From positions 147,516 to 211,515 of the forward strand of contig CAVTCD010000003.1 of the NCBI GenBank assembly GCA_963733165.1: a stretch of DNA of 64,000 bases, given 5' to 3'. The notes beneath the pieces were generated by a model. The model was not told where the DNA came from, made no database searches, and saw only the letters and a list, made by a program, of their open reading frames with translations. Both the position numbers and the translations under genes were made by a program. The DNA is from an uncultured Alphaproteobacteria bacterium. GTDB lineage: Bacteria; Pseudomonadota; Alphaproteobacteria; Rhizobiales; Xanthobacteraceae. Below are positions 8,532-20,235 of this stretch, piece after piece (position 1 is the first letter of the stretch; each line of letters begins with the position of its first letter).

Positions 8532-9943
8532 GCAGCCGCTCCTTCCTGTGCCGCGCGGCTCGCCGCAAGGACGAAACGCTCGACCGCTGATTGGTCGGCC
8601 GGCAGCGCGGTGACGCGCTCCGGACGCTCACTGATATCGGACAACCATTCCGGCAAAGGCGGACGCTGGCCGCAGGCCGCCTCGACCGCTTCGGGAAATT
8701 TGGCGGCGTGCGCGGTGGACAGCACCACCATCGGCACCGCCGGGTCGCGCGGCTCCTTTTCCGCCACCGCAATGCCGACCGCCGTATGCGGATCGACGAA
8801 ATTTCCGGTTTCGCGCTTGACCGTGCGGATGGTCGCCGCAACTTCGTCCTCGTCGGCGCGATCCGCGGAAAACAGCGCGCGGATGGCGGCCAGCGCGCGG
8901 GCCGACAGCGTGAAGCGGCGCGACTGCGTAAGCGACGCCATCACCGCGCGGATCGCGGCAGAGTCACGGTCATAGGCGTCGAACAAGAGGCGCTCGAAAT
9001 TCGATGAAACCTGAATGTCCATCGACGGCGAGGTGGTCGGCACCACGTCGCGCAGCTCGTAGACGCCGGTGCGGAGCGTGCGCGCCAAAATGTCATTGAC
9101 GTTGGTGGCGATGACCAGCCGGTCGACCGGCAGGCCCATGCGCTCGGCGACATAACCGGCATAGATGTCGCCGAAATTGCCGGTCGGGACCGTGAAAGCG
9201 ATTTTGCGTTCGGGCGCGCCGAGCGAAACCGCAGCGGTAAAGTAATAGACGGCCTGCGCAACGATGCGCGCCCAATTGATCGAATTGACGCCGGACAGCC
9301 GGACCTGGTCGCGAAAAGCGTGGTGATTGAACATGCCCTTCACCAGGGCCTGACAGTCGTCGAACGTGCCGTCGATGGCGACGGCGCTGACATTTCCGGC
9401 GTTTGACGTCGTCATCATGCGCCGTTGCACGTCGGAAATCCGCCCGTGCGGAAACAGCATGACGAGGTCGACCTGATGGCGGCCGCGGAACGCCTCGACC
9501 GCGGCGCCGCCGGTATCGCCCGACGTCGCCACCACGATGGTGCGCCGCTCGCCGCGCGCGGTCAGCACGTGATCCATCAGCCGCGCCAGAAGCTGCATCG
9601 CCAAATCCTTAAACGCCAGCGTCGGGCCGTGAAACAGTTCAAGCGCAAAGGTGTTGACGCCGAGCTGCACCAGCGGCGCCACCGCCGGATGGCGAAAATT
9701 GCCATAGGCCTCGCGCGTCATGCGGGCGAGGTCGGCGGCGCTGACGGTTTCGTCGATGAAGGGACGGATCACCTCGACCGCGACCTCGGCGTAGGATTTT
9801 CCGGCAAACCCGGCGATCGTCGCCGGCTCAAGCCGCGGCCAGGCGTCCGGCACATAGAGGCCGCCGTCGCGGGCGAGACCCGCGAGCATGACCTCGGCAA
9901 AGCCGGACGGCGGGGCTAATCCCCTGGTCGAAACGTAGTGCAC
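8528..9943 (-). CDS. thrC: threonine synthase
   Basis: ORF track, 471 aa. N-terminal MHYVSTRG, PLP-lysine context GPTLAFKD, and ATSGDTGGAA. Confidence 0.9.
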   Translation of the reverse strand: MHYVSTRGLAPPSGFAEVMLAGLARDGGLYVPDAWPRLEPATIAGFAGKSYAEVAVEVIRPFIDETVSAADLARMTREAYGNFRHPAVAPLVQLGVNTFALELFHGPTLAFKDLAMQLLARLMDHVLTARGERRTIVVATSGDTGGAAVEAFRGRHQVDLVMLFPHGRISDVQRRMMTTSNAGNVSAVAIDGTFDDCQALVKGMFNHHAFRDQVRLSGVNSINWARIVAQAVYYFTAAVSLGAPERKIAFTVPTGNFGDIYAGYVAERMGLPVDRLVIATNVNDILARTLRTGVYELRDVVPTTSPSMDIQVSSNFERLLFDAYDRDSAAIRAVMASLTQSRRFTLSARALAAIRALFSADRADEDEVAATIRTVKRETGNFVDPHTAVGIAVAEKEPRDPAVPMVVLSTAHAAKFPEAVEAACGQRPPLPEWLSDISERPERVTALPADQSAVERFVLAASRAAQEGAAA

Positions 9944-10135
9944 CTGTCAGTCCCTAAGCGTTCCCTCGCAGCCGGCGCCAACTGCCGGCACGGGCCGATT
10001 AAACTCTTGATTTCAGGCGCCATTTGGGGACAGCCGGCACAGCCGCCGCCCCTTCGCAACGCCGGAACCGCTGTCACACTAGATGGCGCCTATTAGGAAC
10101 GCAAAGGGGGCGTAATTCGTCGCGGACGCGAGGTT

Positions 10136-10948
10136 TTATGTCTTGTTTTTGCCGCCGCGGCTCCTCGAGGAGAACGCCCAGGAGATGAAAACCCCCGCCA
10201 GAACGGCCGCCAGACCGAACCAGGTCAGCGCATATTGCAGGTGGTTGTCGGGCAGCTCGACCGTGAGCTTGCCGGGCTGTGGCAGGCCGCCGGGCGGTAC
10301 CGGCGTCTCCTGTTCGACATAGAAGGGGGCGACCTCATCCGACCCCGGTTGCGGTCCCTGCCCGATCCCCTTGGCCGCGGCCATTGAGGCGGGATCGGCG
10401 GTGAACCACAGGTTATGCGCCGGATCGTCATTGGGCGTGAACCAGTGGCGCGCGTCCGGCCAGCGCAGCGCGCCCATGATATCGACCGGCCCCGACAGAT
10501 CGCCGCCGGGCCGCGATTTCGCATCCTGCCGGCCGTCGGGCACGAAGCCGCGATTGACCATGACGATGCCGCCGTCGGCAAGCCGCGCCGGCGTGAAAAT
10601 CCAATATCCCGGTCCGAGGTCGGCTACATCGGGGCGGAACGCCGAGGCGGCGGCGAAGACCAAAGCTTCGCGGCTGTTGTCGAACGCGGCCGTGAATTTG
10701 ACGTGGCGGTATTCGTCGGCGGCGGGGTCCAATTGCGGCCAGCCGCTTGCCCCCGGCAGCACAAACGGCGGCGCCGCGAGACGCTCGGTGAGCGAGGCAA
10801 TCAGCCCTTCCTTCCAGGCCTTGCGCTCGATCTGCCAGACGCCAAGCCCGATGAGGACCGCAAAGGCGACGATGGCGGGCACCAGCAGACCGAGCCACGA
10901 GCGGGACTGTCGCCGCGGCGCAGGCTGCGTGTCGGTCTGGAACTGCAC
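10136..10948 (-). CDS. SURF1 family cytochrome oxidase biogenesis protein
   Basis: Lies in ORF 10136..11098. The start is set to GTG at 10948, just after the DUF983 stop. Contains LGVWQIERKAWKE and a C-terminal TM helix YALTWFGLAAVLAGVFI. The start is uncertain. Confidence 0.75.
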   Translation of the reverse strand: MQFQTDTQPAPRRQSRSWLGLLVPAIVAFAVLIGLGVWQIERKAWKEGLIASLTERLAAPPFVLPGASGWPQLDPAADEYRHVKFTAAFDNSREALVFAAASAFRPDVADLGPGYWIFTPARLADGGIVMVNRGFVPDGRQDAKSRPGGDLSGPVDIMGALRWPDARHWFTPNDDPAHNLWFTADPASMAAAKGIGQGPQPGSDEVAPFYVEQETPVPPGGLPQPGKLTVELPDNHLQYALTWFGLAAVLAGVFISWAFSSRSRGGKNKT

Positions 10949-10950
10949 GA

Positions 10951-11346
10951 TCAGTTCTCGCCGCCGCCGCCGTCGCCGAAACGGCCTTCCGCCGCCTTGT
11001 GATGGTATTGCAGCGCGATCATCAGTCCCTTCATCGGCCGCAGCGGCCCGAGCGTGAGAATGAAAATCAGCGGCAGCCACAACACCGCGTGGACCCAATA
11101 GGGCGGCTGATAAAGAATTTCAGTCACCAGCGCGCAGCCGACCACGACGGCGCCGGCGAAGAACATGATGAATACCGCCGGTCCGTCGCCGGCATCGGCG
11201 AAATCATAGTCGAGCCCGCAGACGTCGCAGCGCGGCCGCAGCGCCAAAAATCCCTGGAACAGCTTGCCGCGTCCGCAGCGCGGACATGCGCAGGACAATC
11301 CGGCGGCGATAGAGCCGGAAAGCGTCGTTATCGATTTTTCGGTCAT
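10951..11346 (-). CDS. DUF983 domain-containing membrane protein
   Basis: ORF track, 131 aa. Zinc-ribbon-like CPRCGRGKLF...RCDVCG followed by two TM helices, at the conserved position between ctaE and SURF1. Confidence 0.8.
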   Translation of the reverse strand: MTEKSITTLSGSIAAGLSCACPRCGRGKLFQGFLALRPRCDVCGLDYDFADAGDGPAVFIMFFAGAVVVGCALVTEILYQPPYWVHAVLWLPLIFILTLGPLRPMKGLMIALQYHHKAAEGRFGDGGGGEN

Positions 11347-11355
11347 ACACTTGTT

Positions 11356-11458
11356 CCGTCACCCTGAGGTGGCCGCGCAGCGGCCCTCGAAGGGGGACGG
11401 CCCGGGCGCCGCGGCCGTATCCTTCGAGGCTCGCTGCGCTCGCACCTCAGGATGACGG
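11356..11458. repeat. about 103-bp imperfect palindromic intergenic element (MITE/RIME-like)
   Basis: Left arm CCGTCACCCTGAGGTGGCCGCGCAGCGGCCCTCGAAGG; reverse complement of right arm CCGTCATCCTGAGGTGCGAGCGCAGCGAGCCTCGAAGG, about 31 of 38 positions matching by eye. Lies between the DUF983 start and the ctaE stop. Confidence 0.7.
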
Positions 11459-11493
11459 AAGGCGCGCGAGACCCTGTCAATCAGATCGGGGCG

Positions 11494-12339
11494 CTATCCT
11501 CCCGGCGCGCCGCCCCACACATAGATGCAGGCGAACAGGAACAGCCACACGACGTCGACGAAATGCCAGTACCAGGCGGCGAACTCGAAGCCGAGATGCT
11601 GCGTCGTTGTGAACTGACCGGCCAAAGCTCGGAACAGGCAGACGATCAAAAAGATCGAACCGATGATGACATGGGCGCCGTGAAATCCGGTCGCCATGAA
11701 GAAGGTCGCGCCGTAGATGTTGCCGGAATAATGGAACAGCGCGTGCATATATTCCCACGCCTGCACGCAGGTGAAGCTCAAGCCGAGCGCGATGGTCAGC
11801 ACCAGGCCCTGGACCAATCCTTTGCGATCGTTCTCAAGAAGCGCGTGATGCGCCCAAGTCACCGTCGTGCCCGAGGTGAGCAGGATCAGCGTGTTGAGCA
11901 GCGGGAAATGCCAGGGATCGAAAGTCTCGATGCCCTTGGGCGGCCACACCCCGCCGGTAAAGGCGATCCGCGCCACGTCCTGAAACTGGTCCGGGAACAA
12001 AGCGGTGTTGAAATAGGCCCAGAACCAGGCGACGAAGAACATCACCTCCGAGGCGATGAACAGGATCATGCCGTAGCGGTGCGAAATCTGCACCACGCGG
12101 GTGTGGTCGTGCTCGACTTCAGCCTCGTGGATGACGTCGCGCCACCAGCCGATCATCGTATAGGCGATGCCGATCGCGCCCACGCCCATGATCAGCGGCG
12201 CGTAGGGCACCATTTGATGCATCCAGAGAATGAGCCCGACGGCGAGGAAAAATCCGGAGGTCGCGCCGATCGCCGGCCACGGACTGGGATTGACCAGGTG
12301 GTAATCGTGGTTCGGCTTGGCGTGTGCAACATCAGCCAT
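11494..12339 (-). CDS. ctaE: cytochrome c oxidase subunit III
   Basis: ORF track, 281 aa, seven TM segments. N-terminal HDYHLVNPSPWP and WYWHFVDVVWLFLF. Confidence 0.92.
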   Translation of the reverse strand: MADVAHAKPNHDYHLVNPSPWPAIGATSGFFLAVGLILWMHQMVPYAPLIMGVGAIGIAYTMIGWWRDVIHEAEVEHDHTRVVQISHRYGMILFIASEVMFFVAWFWAYFNTALFPDQFQDVARIAFTGGVWPPKGIETFDPWHFPLLNTLILLTSGTTVTWAHHALLENDRKGLVQGLVLTIALGLSFTCVQAWEYMHALFHYSGNIYGATFFMATGFHGAHVIIGSIFLIVCLFRALAGQFTTTQHLGFEFAAWYWHFVDVVWLFLFACIYVWGGAPGG

Positions 12340-12396
12340 CGTCGTCTTCTCCAGTTGACGCGGCGGTCGCTGCCGCCGGCGCCTTTGCAGTTGCCG

Positions 12397-13017
12397 TTAG
12401 ATATGCCCGGACTTTTCCTGATCCGTGCTCTCCGCCACCGGCTGTTCCGGCTCATGCACCGCATAGAAGGTGTAGGAAAGCGTGATGTCCTTGAGAGTAT
12501 CCTGCTCCGAATCCTTGGCGAGCTTGGGATCGACGTAGAAGACCACCGCCATGTCGCGCTTCTCGCCCGGCTTGAGCGTCTGCTGGGTGAAGCAGAAGCA
12601 GTTGATCTTCTCGAAATAGATGCCGACGGTCGGCGGCGTCACATTGTAGCCGGCCTGGCCGGTGGTGACGCGGGCGGTCTGGTTGGTCACCGTGTAATAG
12701 ACGGTGACGACCTGGCCGAGCTTGACGTTGACGGTGCGCTGCTCGGGCTCAAACGTCCACGGCAGTCCGGGAGCGATGTTGGAATCGAAGCGCACCGTGA
12801 TGGTGCGGCCGGGCACTTCATGCGCCGGCGCCGAGTGCGCCACCTGCGTGGTGCCGCCGAACCCGGTGGTGCGGCAGAACCAGGAATAAAGCGGCACCGC
12901 CGCATAAGCCGCGCCAACCATCACGGCGACAAAGCCGCCGCAGGCGAACGCGACGATCAGATCGCGCCTGGCCACGCGCCGCGCGATGGGATTCGGAGTT
13001 GTCATTGGCCCTTTCAT
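12397..13017 (-). CDS. ctaG: cytochrome c oxidase assembly protein CtaG/Cox11
   Basis: ORF 12397..13311 taken from the internal MKGPMTTPN. Contains PLYSWFCRTTGFGGT and the CFCF copper motif. Its ATG overlaps the stop of the upstream 57-aa gene. Confidence 0.88.
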   Translation of the reverse strand: MKGPMTTPNPIARRVARRDLIVAFACGGFVAVMVGAAYAAVPLYSWFCRTTGFGGTTQVAHSAPAHEVPGRTITVRFDSNIAPGLPWTFEPEQRTVNVKLGQVVTVYYTVTNQTARVTTGQAGYNVTPPTVGIYFEKINCFCFTQQTLKPGEKRDMAVVFYVDPKLAKDSEQDTLKDITLSYTFYAVHEPEQPVAESTDQEKSGHI

Positions 13018-13186
13018 GGCCGCTCCAGCACGCCGGGGCCCTTCACCAGCGTCACGATGTAGAACAGCACCACCAGCACGCCGAGCGACACCGCAATCGC
13101 AATCGACCGGGCGCGGCGCGCGCGCGTCTGCTGCTCGGTGAGCTTGATGCCGTTCGGCGGCTCTTCTTCGTTCATCGCTATACTCA

Positions 13187-13187
<1 letters not shown>
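13014..13187 (-). CDS. small single-TM protein between ctaB and ctaG (CoxF-like), 57 aa
   Basis: Tail of ORF 13014..13706: MSIAMNEEEPPNGIKLTEQQTRARRARSIAIAVSLGVLVVLFYIVTLVKGPGVLERP. Start and stop overlap ctaB and ctaG respectively. Confidence 0.6.
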
Positions 13188-15762
<2,575 letters not shown>

Positions 15763-15786
15763 TCAGCTTAAGTTTCGTGCCCGCCG

Positions 15787-16671
15787 TTACTGCGGCGACG
15801 CCGGCGTCGCCGCCGTCGCCGCCGCGAATGTGTTGATCGGAGCCGTAGTATCGTTGGCGTATTTCTGTTTGGCGCTGGCGGCCCATGCCGCGAATTCGCC
15901 GTCGTTCACGACTCGCACCGCAATCGGCATGAAGGAATGGTTCTTGCCACACAGTTCGGAACACTGGCCGTAGAACATGCCTTCAATGGTCGCCTTGAAC
16001 CAGGTCTCGTTGATGCGGCCGGGAACGGCGTCGATGCGAATGCCGAATGACGGCACGGTGAAGGAATGGATGACGTCGGCGCCGGTGACGAGCACATGGA
16101 CCACCTTGTTGACCGGCACGACCATTTCATTGTCGGCTGTGAGCAGGCGCGGCTGACCGGGCTTGAGATCCTTTTCGTCCACCATCAGCGAATCGAATTC
16201 GAAATTGCCGTTATCCGGATAGCTGTAGCTCCAGAACCACTGTTTGCCGGTCGCTTTGATGGTGAGGTCCGGCGTCGGCACGTCGAGCTCGAGGAACAGG
16301 AGACGGAACGACGGCACCGCGATCACCGCCAGGATGACAACCGGAATGATGGTCCAGGCGATCTCGATCACCGTATTGTGGGTGGTGCGCGACGGGATCG
16401 GATTGGCGCGCGCGTTAAAGCGCACAATGATGATAAAGAGCAGCGCCAGAACGAAGACCGAGATCGCGGCAATCACCCAGAGCAGGAAATAGTGGAAGGT
16501 GGCCACCTGCTCCATCACCGGTGAGGCCGAATCCTGCAGGTCCATTTCCCAGGGCGTCGACTGCCCGAGTCCGGCCAGCGCCGGCCCAGCACCCGCAAGC
16601 AAAGCGCCGGCGGTCGCAAGGCAAAAGCCCGTGGACGCGGCAATGGCGGTCAAGCGTGAGAACAACTTCAT
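15787..16671 (-). CDS. ctaC: cytochrome c oxidase subunit II
   Basis: ORF 15787..16905 taken from the internal MKLFSRLTAIAAS (signal peptide). CuA site HSFTVP...CSELCGKNHSFM. Confidence 0.9.
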   Translation of the reverse strand: MKLFSRLTAIAASTGFCLATAGALLAGAGPALAGLGQSTPWEMDLQDSASPVMEQVATFHYFLLWVIAAISVFVLALLFIIIVRFNARANPIPSRTTHNTVIEIAWTIIPVVILAVIAVPSFRLLFLELDVPTPDLTIKATGKQWFWSYSYPDNGNFEFDSLMVDEKDLKPGQPRLLTADNEMVVPVNKVVHVLVTGADVIHSFTVPSFGIRIDAVPGRINETWFKATIEGMFYGQCSELCGKNHSFMPIAVRVVNDGEFAAWAASAKQKYANDTTAPINTFAAATAATPASPQ

Positions 16672-17118
16672 CGGTCGCTCTGCTCCCTGTTGTTCGATCT
16701 TGTCACGACCGTCCACGGTGAGCGCCGACCTTACTCCAGCGCCGACCATAACAGCATGACGCCGCCCGCTTCCGGCAGGACTTTCGCCACGGCGCTTCAA
16801 GTCCTTGGCAGGCATTGGCGGGATGGAGGATCCCGGTTCCTCCAAACCACAAATCGGGCTCTGCTGCAATGCACTCATCACAGGCCGCCGGCCGGCCATG
16901 CACAAAGCTATTGCAGGGCTCGCTGGCGGAAGCCGAAAGCGCGCCGAGTCCTTCCTTCACGCACCAAGTCCACCTTCGCGTAGCCACAATGCCTTGATTT
17001 GGATCAATCTTGACACGGTGTTCTCACCATGTACGCAAGCCTCGCGCGGCGACCTGCCGGCGCGGCTGATTCGCGCATGGAAGCGTGTCGGGGGCGGCTG
17101 GCCAGGGGACTTAAGATC

Positions 17119-17679
17119 ATGGCGAAATCCGGTTGCCGTCGGCGGCTGCGCCCAATGGGGTGCGTGCTCGCCGCCGCCGCCGTCATTGTCGCGGCCACAG
17201 CATCCAGCCAGCTTTTGACCGGTCGGGCCTTGATTGATCGAGCCTTGGCGCAGGGCGCCGTCAAATCGGTCTATGGCGACTGGCAAATCCGCTGTGACAC
17301 CCCGCCGGGCGCGCAGGCTCAGCAGTGCGCCCTGATGCAAAGCGTGACGGCGGAAGACCGGCCCAATGTCGGCCTCACCGTGATCGTGCTCAAAACCACG
17401 GACCAGAAGAACCGGCTGATGCGGGTGGTGGCGCCGCTCGGCGTGCTGCTGCCGTCCGGCCTCGGCCTGAAAATCGACGATCAGGACGTCGGCCGCGCCG
17501 GCTTCGTGCGCTGCCTGCCCAATGGCTGCGTCGCCGAAGTCGTCATGGACGACAAACTGATCAGCGAGCTGCGCACCGGCCAGACCTCGACCTTCATCAT
17601 TTTCCAGACGCCCGAGGAAGGCATCGGCTTTCCCATGAGCTTAAAAGGCTTTGGCGACGGCTACGACCAACTGCCGTAG
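17119..17679 (+). CDS. invasion-associated locus B (IalB) family protein
   Basis: Lies in ORF 17029..17679. Contains YGDWQIRCD, QQCALMQ, GFVRCLPNGCVAEV and FIIFQTPEEGIGFPMSLKGF. The start codon is uncertain. Confidence 0.75.
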   Translation: MAKSGCRRRLRPMGCVLAAAAVIVAATASSQLLTGRALIDRALAQGAVKSVYGDWQIRCDTPPGAQAQQCALMQSVTAEDRPNVGLTVIVLKTTDQKNRLMRVVAPLGVLLPSGLGLKIDDQDVGRAGFVRCLPNGCVAEVVMDDKLISELRTGQTSTFIIFQTPEEGIGFPMSLKGFGDGYDQLP

Positions 17680-17708
17680 CCGGCAATCGCGGCGGGAGAA
17701 TAATCCTC

Positions 17709-18713
17709 ATGCGCGCTTTTACCGCCGCGCTTGTCGCCGCCGCCATCGTCGCGCTGTCCGTTTCGCCGTTCGTTTCGCCTTTCATTTCGCCGTCCTTGGC
17801 GCAGAGCCAAAGCGATTATCCCAACCGTCCGGTGACGCTGATCGTGCCCTATGCCGCGGGCGGCGTCGCCGACGTCGGCATGCGCATTCTGGGCGACAAG
17901 CTGTCCGGCCGGCTGAACCAGCAATTCGTCATCGAGGATCGCCCCGGCGCCGGCGGCATTGTCGCGGCGCAAGCCGGCGCCGCCGCCGCGCCCGACGGCT
18001 ATACGCTATTGATGACCGGCAACAACAACGCCATCGCGGCCGCTCTGTTCAAATCGCTGCCGTACAATATCCTGACCGACTTCGCCTCGGTCTCGACCGC
18101 GGCCTTCTTCGATGTGCTGTTGGTGACGCGCGCCGGCTCGCCGCTCAATTCGGTGCAGGACGTCGTCTCGGCGGCCTACGCCAATCCCGGCAAGCTCAAT
18201 ATCGGCACCATCAATCCGGGCAGCACGCAAAACCTCGCCGCCCAACTTTTTGTCAGCACCGCCGGCATCAAAGCCACGATCGTTCCGTTTCGCGCATCGC
18301 CCGACATGGCCGGCGCGCTGATGCGCGGCGACATCGATGTCGCCTTCGAGTTTTACGCCGCCATCGACGGTCTGCTTGCCGACAAGAAGCTTACGGCGCT
18401 GGCGAGCGGCGGGCTCGCCCGCACCGCCTATCTGCCAAACGTTCCGACCGTCATCGAAAGCGGCATCGCCGGCTACGAAGTTACCAGCTGGAACGGACTT
18501 GCTGTTCCCGCCGGCACGCCGCCGGGCATCATCGCGACGCTCAACCAGGCCATGAAAGACGTCATTCCCGCCGACGATGTTCAGAACAGAGCGGCCAAAA
18601 TGGGCATGGCCATGCGCTGGAGCGCGCCCGCTGACATGACGGCGCGCATGAAAGCCGACATCGCCAAATGGGGTGCGGTGATCGATACCGCCGGCATCCC
18701 GAAGCGGGATTGA
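17709..18713 (+). CDS. tripartite tricarboxylate transporter substrate-binding protein (Bug/TctC family)
   Basis: ORF 17325..18713 taken from the internal MRAFTAALVAAAIVAL. Contains YPNRPVTLIVPYAAGGVADV. Confidence 0.85.
   Translation: MRAFTAALVAAAIVALSVSPFVSPFISPSLAQSQSDYPNRPVTLIVPYAAGGVADVGMRILGDKLSGRLNQQFVIEDRPGAGGIVAAQAGAAAAPDGYTLLMTGNNNAIAAALFKSLPYNILTDFASVSTAAFFDVLLVTRAGSPLNSVQDVVSAAYANPGKLNIGTINPGSTQNLAAQLFVSTAGIKATIVPFRASPDMAGALMRGDIDVAFEFYAAIDGLLADKKLTALASGGLARTAYLPNVPTVIESGIAGYEVTSWNGLAVPAGTPPGIIATLNQAMKDVIPADDVQNRAAKMGMAMRWSAPADMTARMKADIAKWGAVIDTAGIPKRD
17760..17795 (+). repeat. in-frame 12-nt x3 tandem repeat inside the TctC signal peptide
   Basis: GTTTCGCCGTTC GTTTCGCCTTTC ATTTCGCCGTCC encodes VSPF VSPF ISPS. 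Confidence 0.8.
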
Positions 18714-18807
18714 GCACCCCTCGCCGGCCGGCCGTGAAGCGATTATGTAAGGCGCAACAGGAAACGCCCGAGAATAACGCCTCAGTATAACGCCTAGGGA
18801 CACCGCA

Positions 18808-20235
18808 ATGGCCAATGAACCCGCCCCGATCTCGCTTGTCGACCGCGCCGGTCTTGACCGGCCCAAGCTCGCAAAAATCATCGCGCGCGGGCTGGACGGC
18901 GCCGACGATGGCGAACTGTTCCTCGAATACCGCCAGGCCGAAGCTTTGGCCTTCGACAATGGCCGGCTCAAGCAGGCGACCTACGACACGTCGCAGGGCT
19001 TTGGCCTGCGCGCGGTGAAGGACGAGGCGGTTGGTTATGCCCATGCCTCCGACGTCTCGGAGGCGGCGATCGAGCGCGCCGCGGATACGGTGCGCGCGGT
19101 CAAAGGCGGCTATTCCGGTCACTATGCCGAGCCGCCGGCGCGAACCAATGTGAAGCTTTATGGCGAGGAGTCACCGCTCGCTACTCCCGGCTTCGAAGAA
19201 AAGGCGCGGCTTCTGCAAACCATCGACGCCTATGCCCGCGCCAAGGATCCGCGCGTGCGCCAGGTCACCGCGAGCGTCGCCGCCTCATGGCAGGCCGTCG
19301 AAATTTTACGCGGGGACGGCGAGACCTATCGCGACATCCGGCCGCTGGTGCGTGTCGGCGTTTCGGTCGTGGTCGGCGACGGCGACCGCCAGGAAACCGG
19401 CAGCGACGGCTATGGCGGCCGCGAAGGCTATGAGCGCTTCATCGCCACCAACGCGTGGCAAGGCGCGGTCGACAACGCCATCCGCCAGGCTTTGGTCAAT
19501 CTCGAAGCCGTGCCGGCGCCCGCCGGCGAGATGGACGTCGTGCTCGGCCCGGGCTGGCCGGGTGTGATGCTGCACGAAGCCGTCGGCCATGGCTTGGAAG
19601 GCGACTTTAACCGCAAGAAGACGTCGGCCTTCGCCGGGCTGATGGGCCAGCAGGTCGCCTCCAAGGGCGTCACCGTGATCGATGACGGCACCATGGCGAT
19701 GCGCCGCGGTTCGCTGTCGATCGACGACGAGGGCACGCCGACCAACCGCACGGTGCTGATCGAGGACGGCGTCCTGGTCGGCTACATGCAGGACCGCCAG
19801 AACGCGCGGCTGATGGACATGAAGCCGACCGGCAACGGCCGGCGCGAAAGTTTCGCCCATGTGCCGATGCCGCGCATGACCAACACCTACATGCTGCCCG
19901 GCACGCGCGATCCGAACGAGATCATCGCCTCGGTGAAGAACGGCATCTACGCCACCTATTTCGGCGGCGGCCAGGTCGATATCACTTCGGGCAAATATGT
20001 CTTCCAGTGCACCGAAGCCTATCGCATCGAGAACGGCAAAGTCGGCGCGCCGATCAAGGGCGCCATGCTGATCGGCAACGGCCCGACCGATCTGCACCGC
20101 GTGTCCATGGTCGGCAACGACCTGGCGCTCGACCACGGCATCGGCACCTGCGGCAAGAACGGCCAGGGCGTGCCGGTCGGCGTCGGCCAGCCGACGCTGC
20201 GCATCGACCGCATCACCGTCGGCGGGACCGGCTAG
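18808..20235 (+). CDS. tldD: metalloprotease TldD
   Basis: ORF track, 475 aa. HEAVGHGLEGDFN motif. Confidence 0.92.
   Translation: MANEPAPISLVDRAGLDRPKLAKIIARGLDGADDGELFLEYRQAEALAFDNGRLKQATYDTSQGFGLRAVKDEAVGYAHASDVSEAAIERAADTVRAVKGGYSGHYAEPPARTNVKLYGEESPLATPGFEEKARLLQTIDAYARAKDPRVRQVTASVAASWQAVEILRGDGETYRDIRPLVRVGVSVVVGDGDRQETGSDGYGGREGYERFIATNAWQGAVDNAIRQALVNLEAVPAPAGEMDVVLGPGWPGVMLHEAVGHGLEGDFNRKKTSAFAGLMGQQVASKGVTVIDDGTMAMRRGSLSIDDEGTPTNRTVLIEDGVLVGYMQDRQNARLMDMKPTGNGRRESFAHVPMPRMTNTYMLPGTRDPNEIIASVKNGIYATYFGGGQVDITSGKYVFQCTEAYRIENGKVGAPIKGAMLIGNGPTDLHRVSMVGNDLALDHGIGTCGKNGQGVPVGVGQPTLRIDRITVGGTG

Noticed and set aside
10015-10091. 9-bp inverted repeat AGGCGCCAT ... ATGGCGCCT in the thrC-SURF1 spacer.
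   Set aside because: It is short with a 60-nt loop and could arise by chance in GC-rich DNA. No motif match came to mind.
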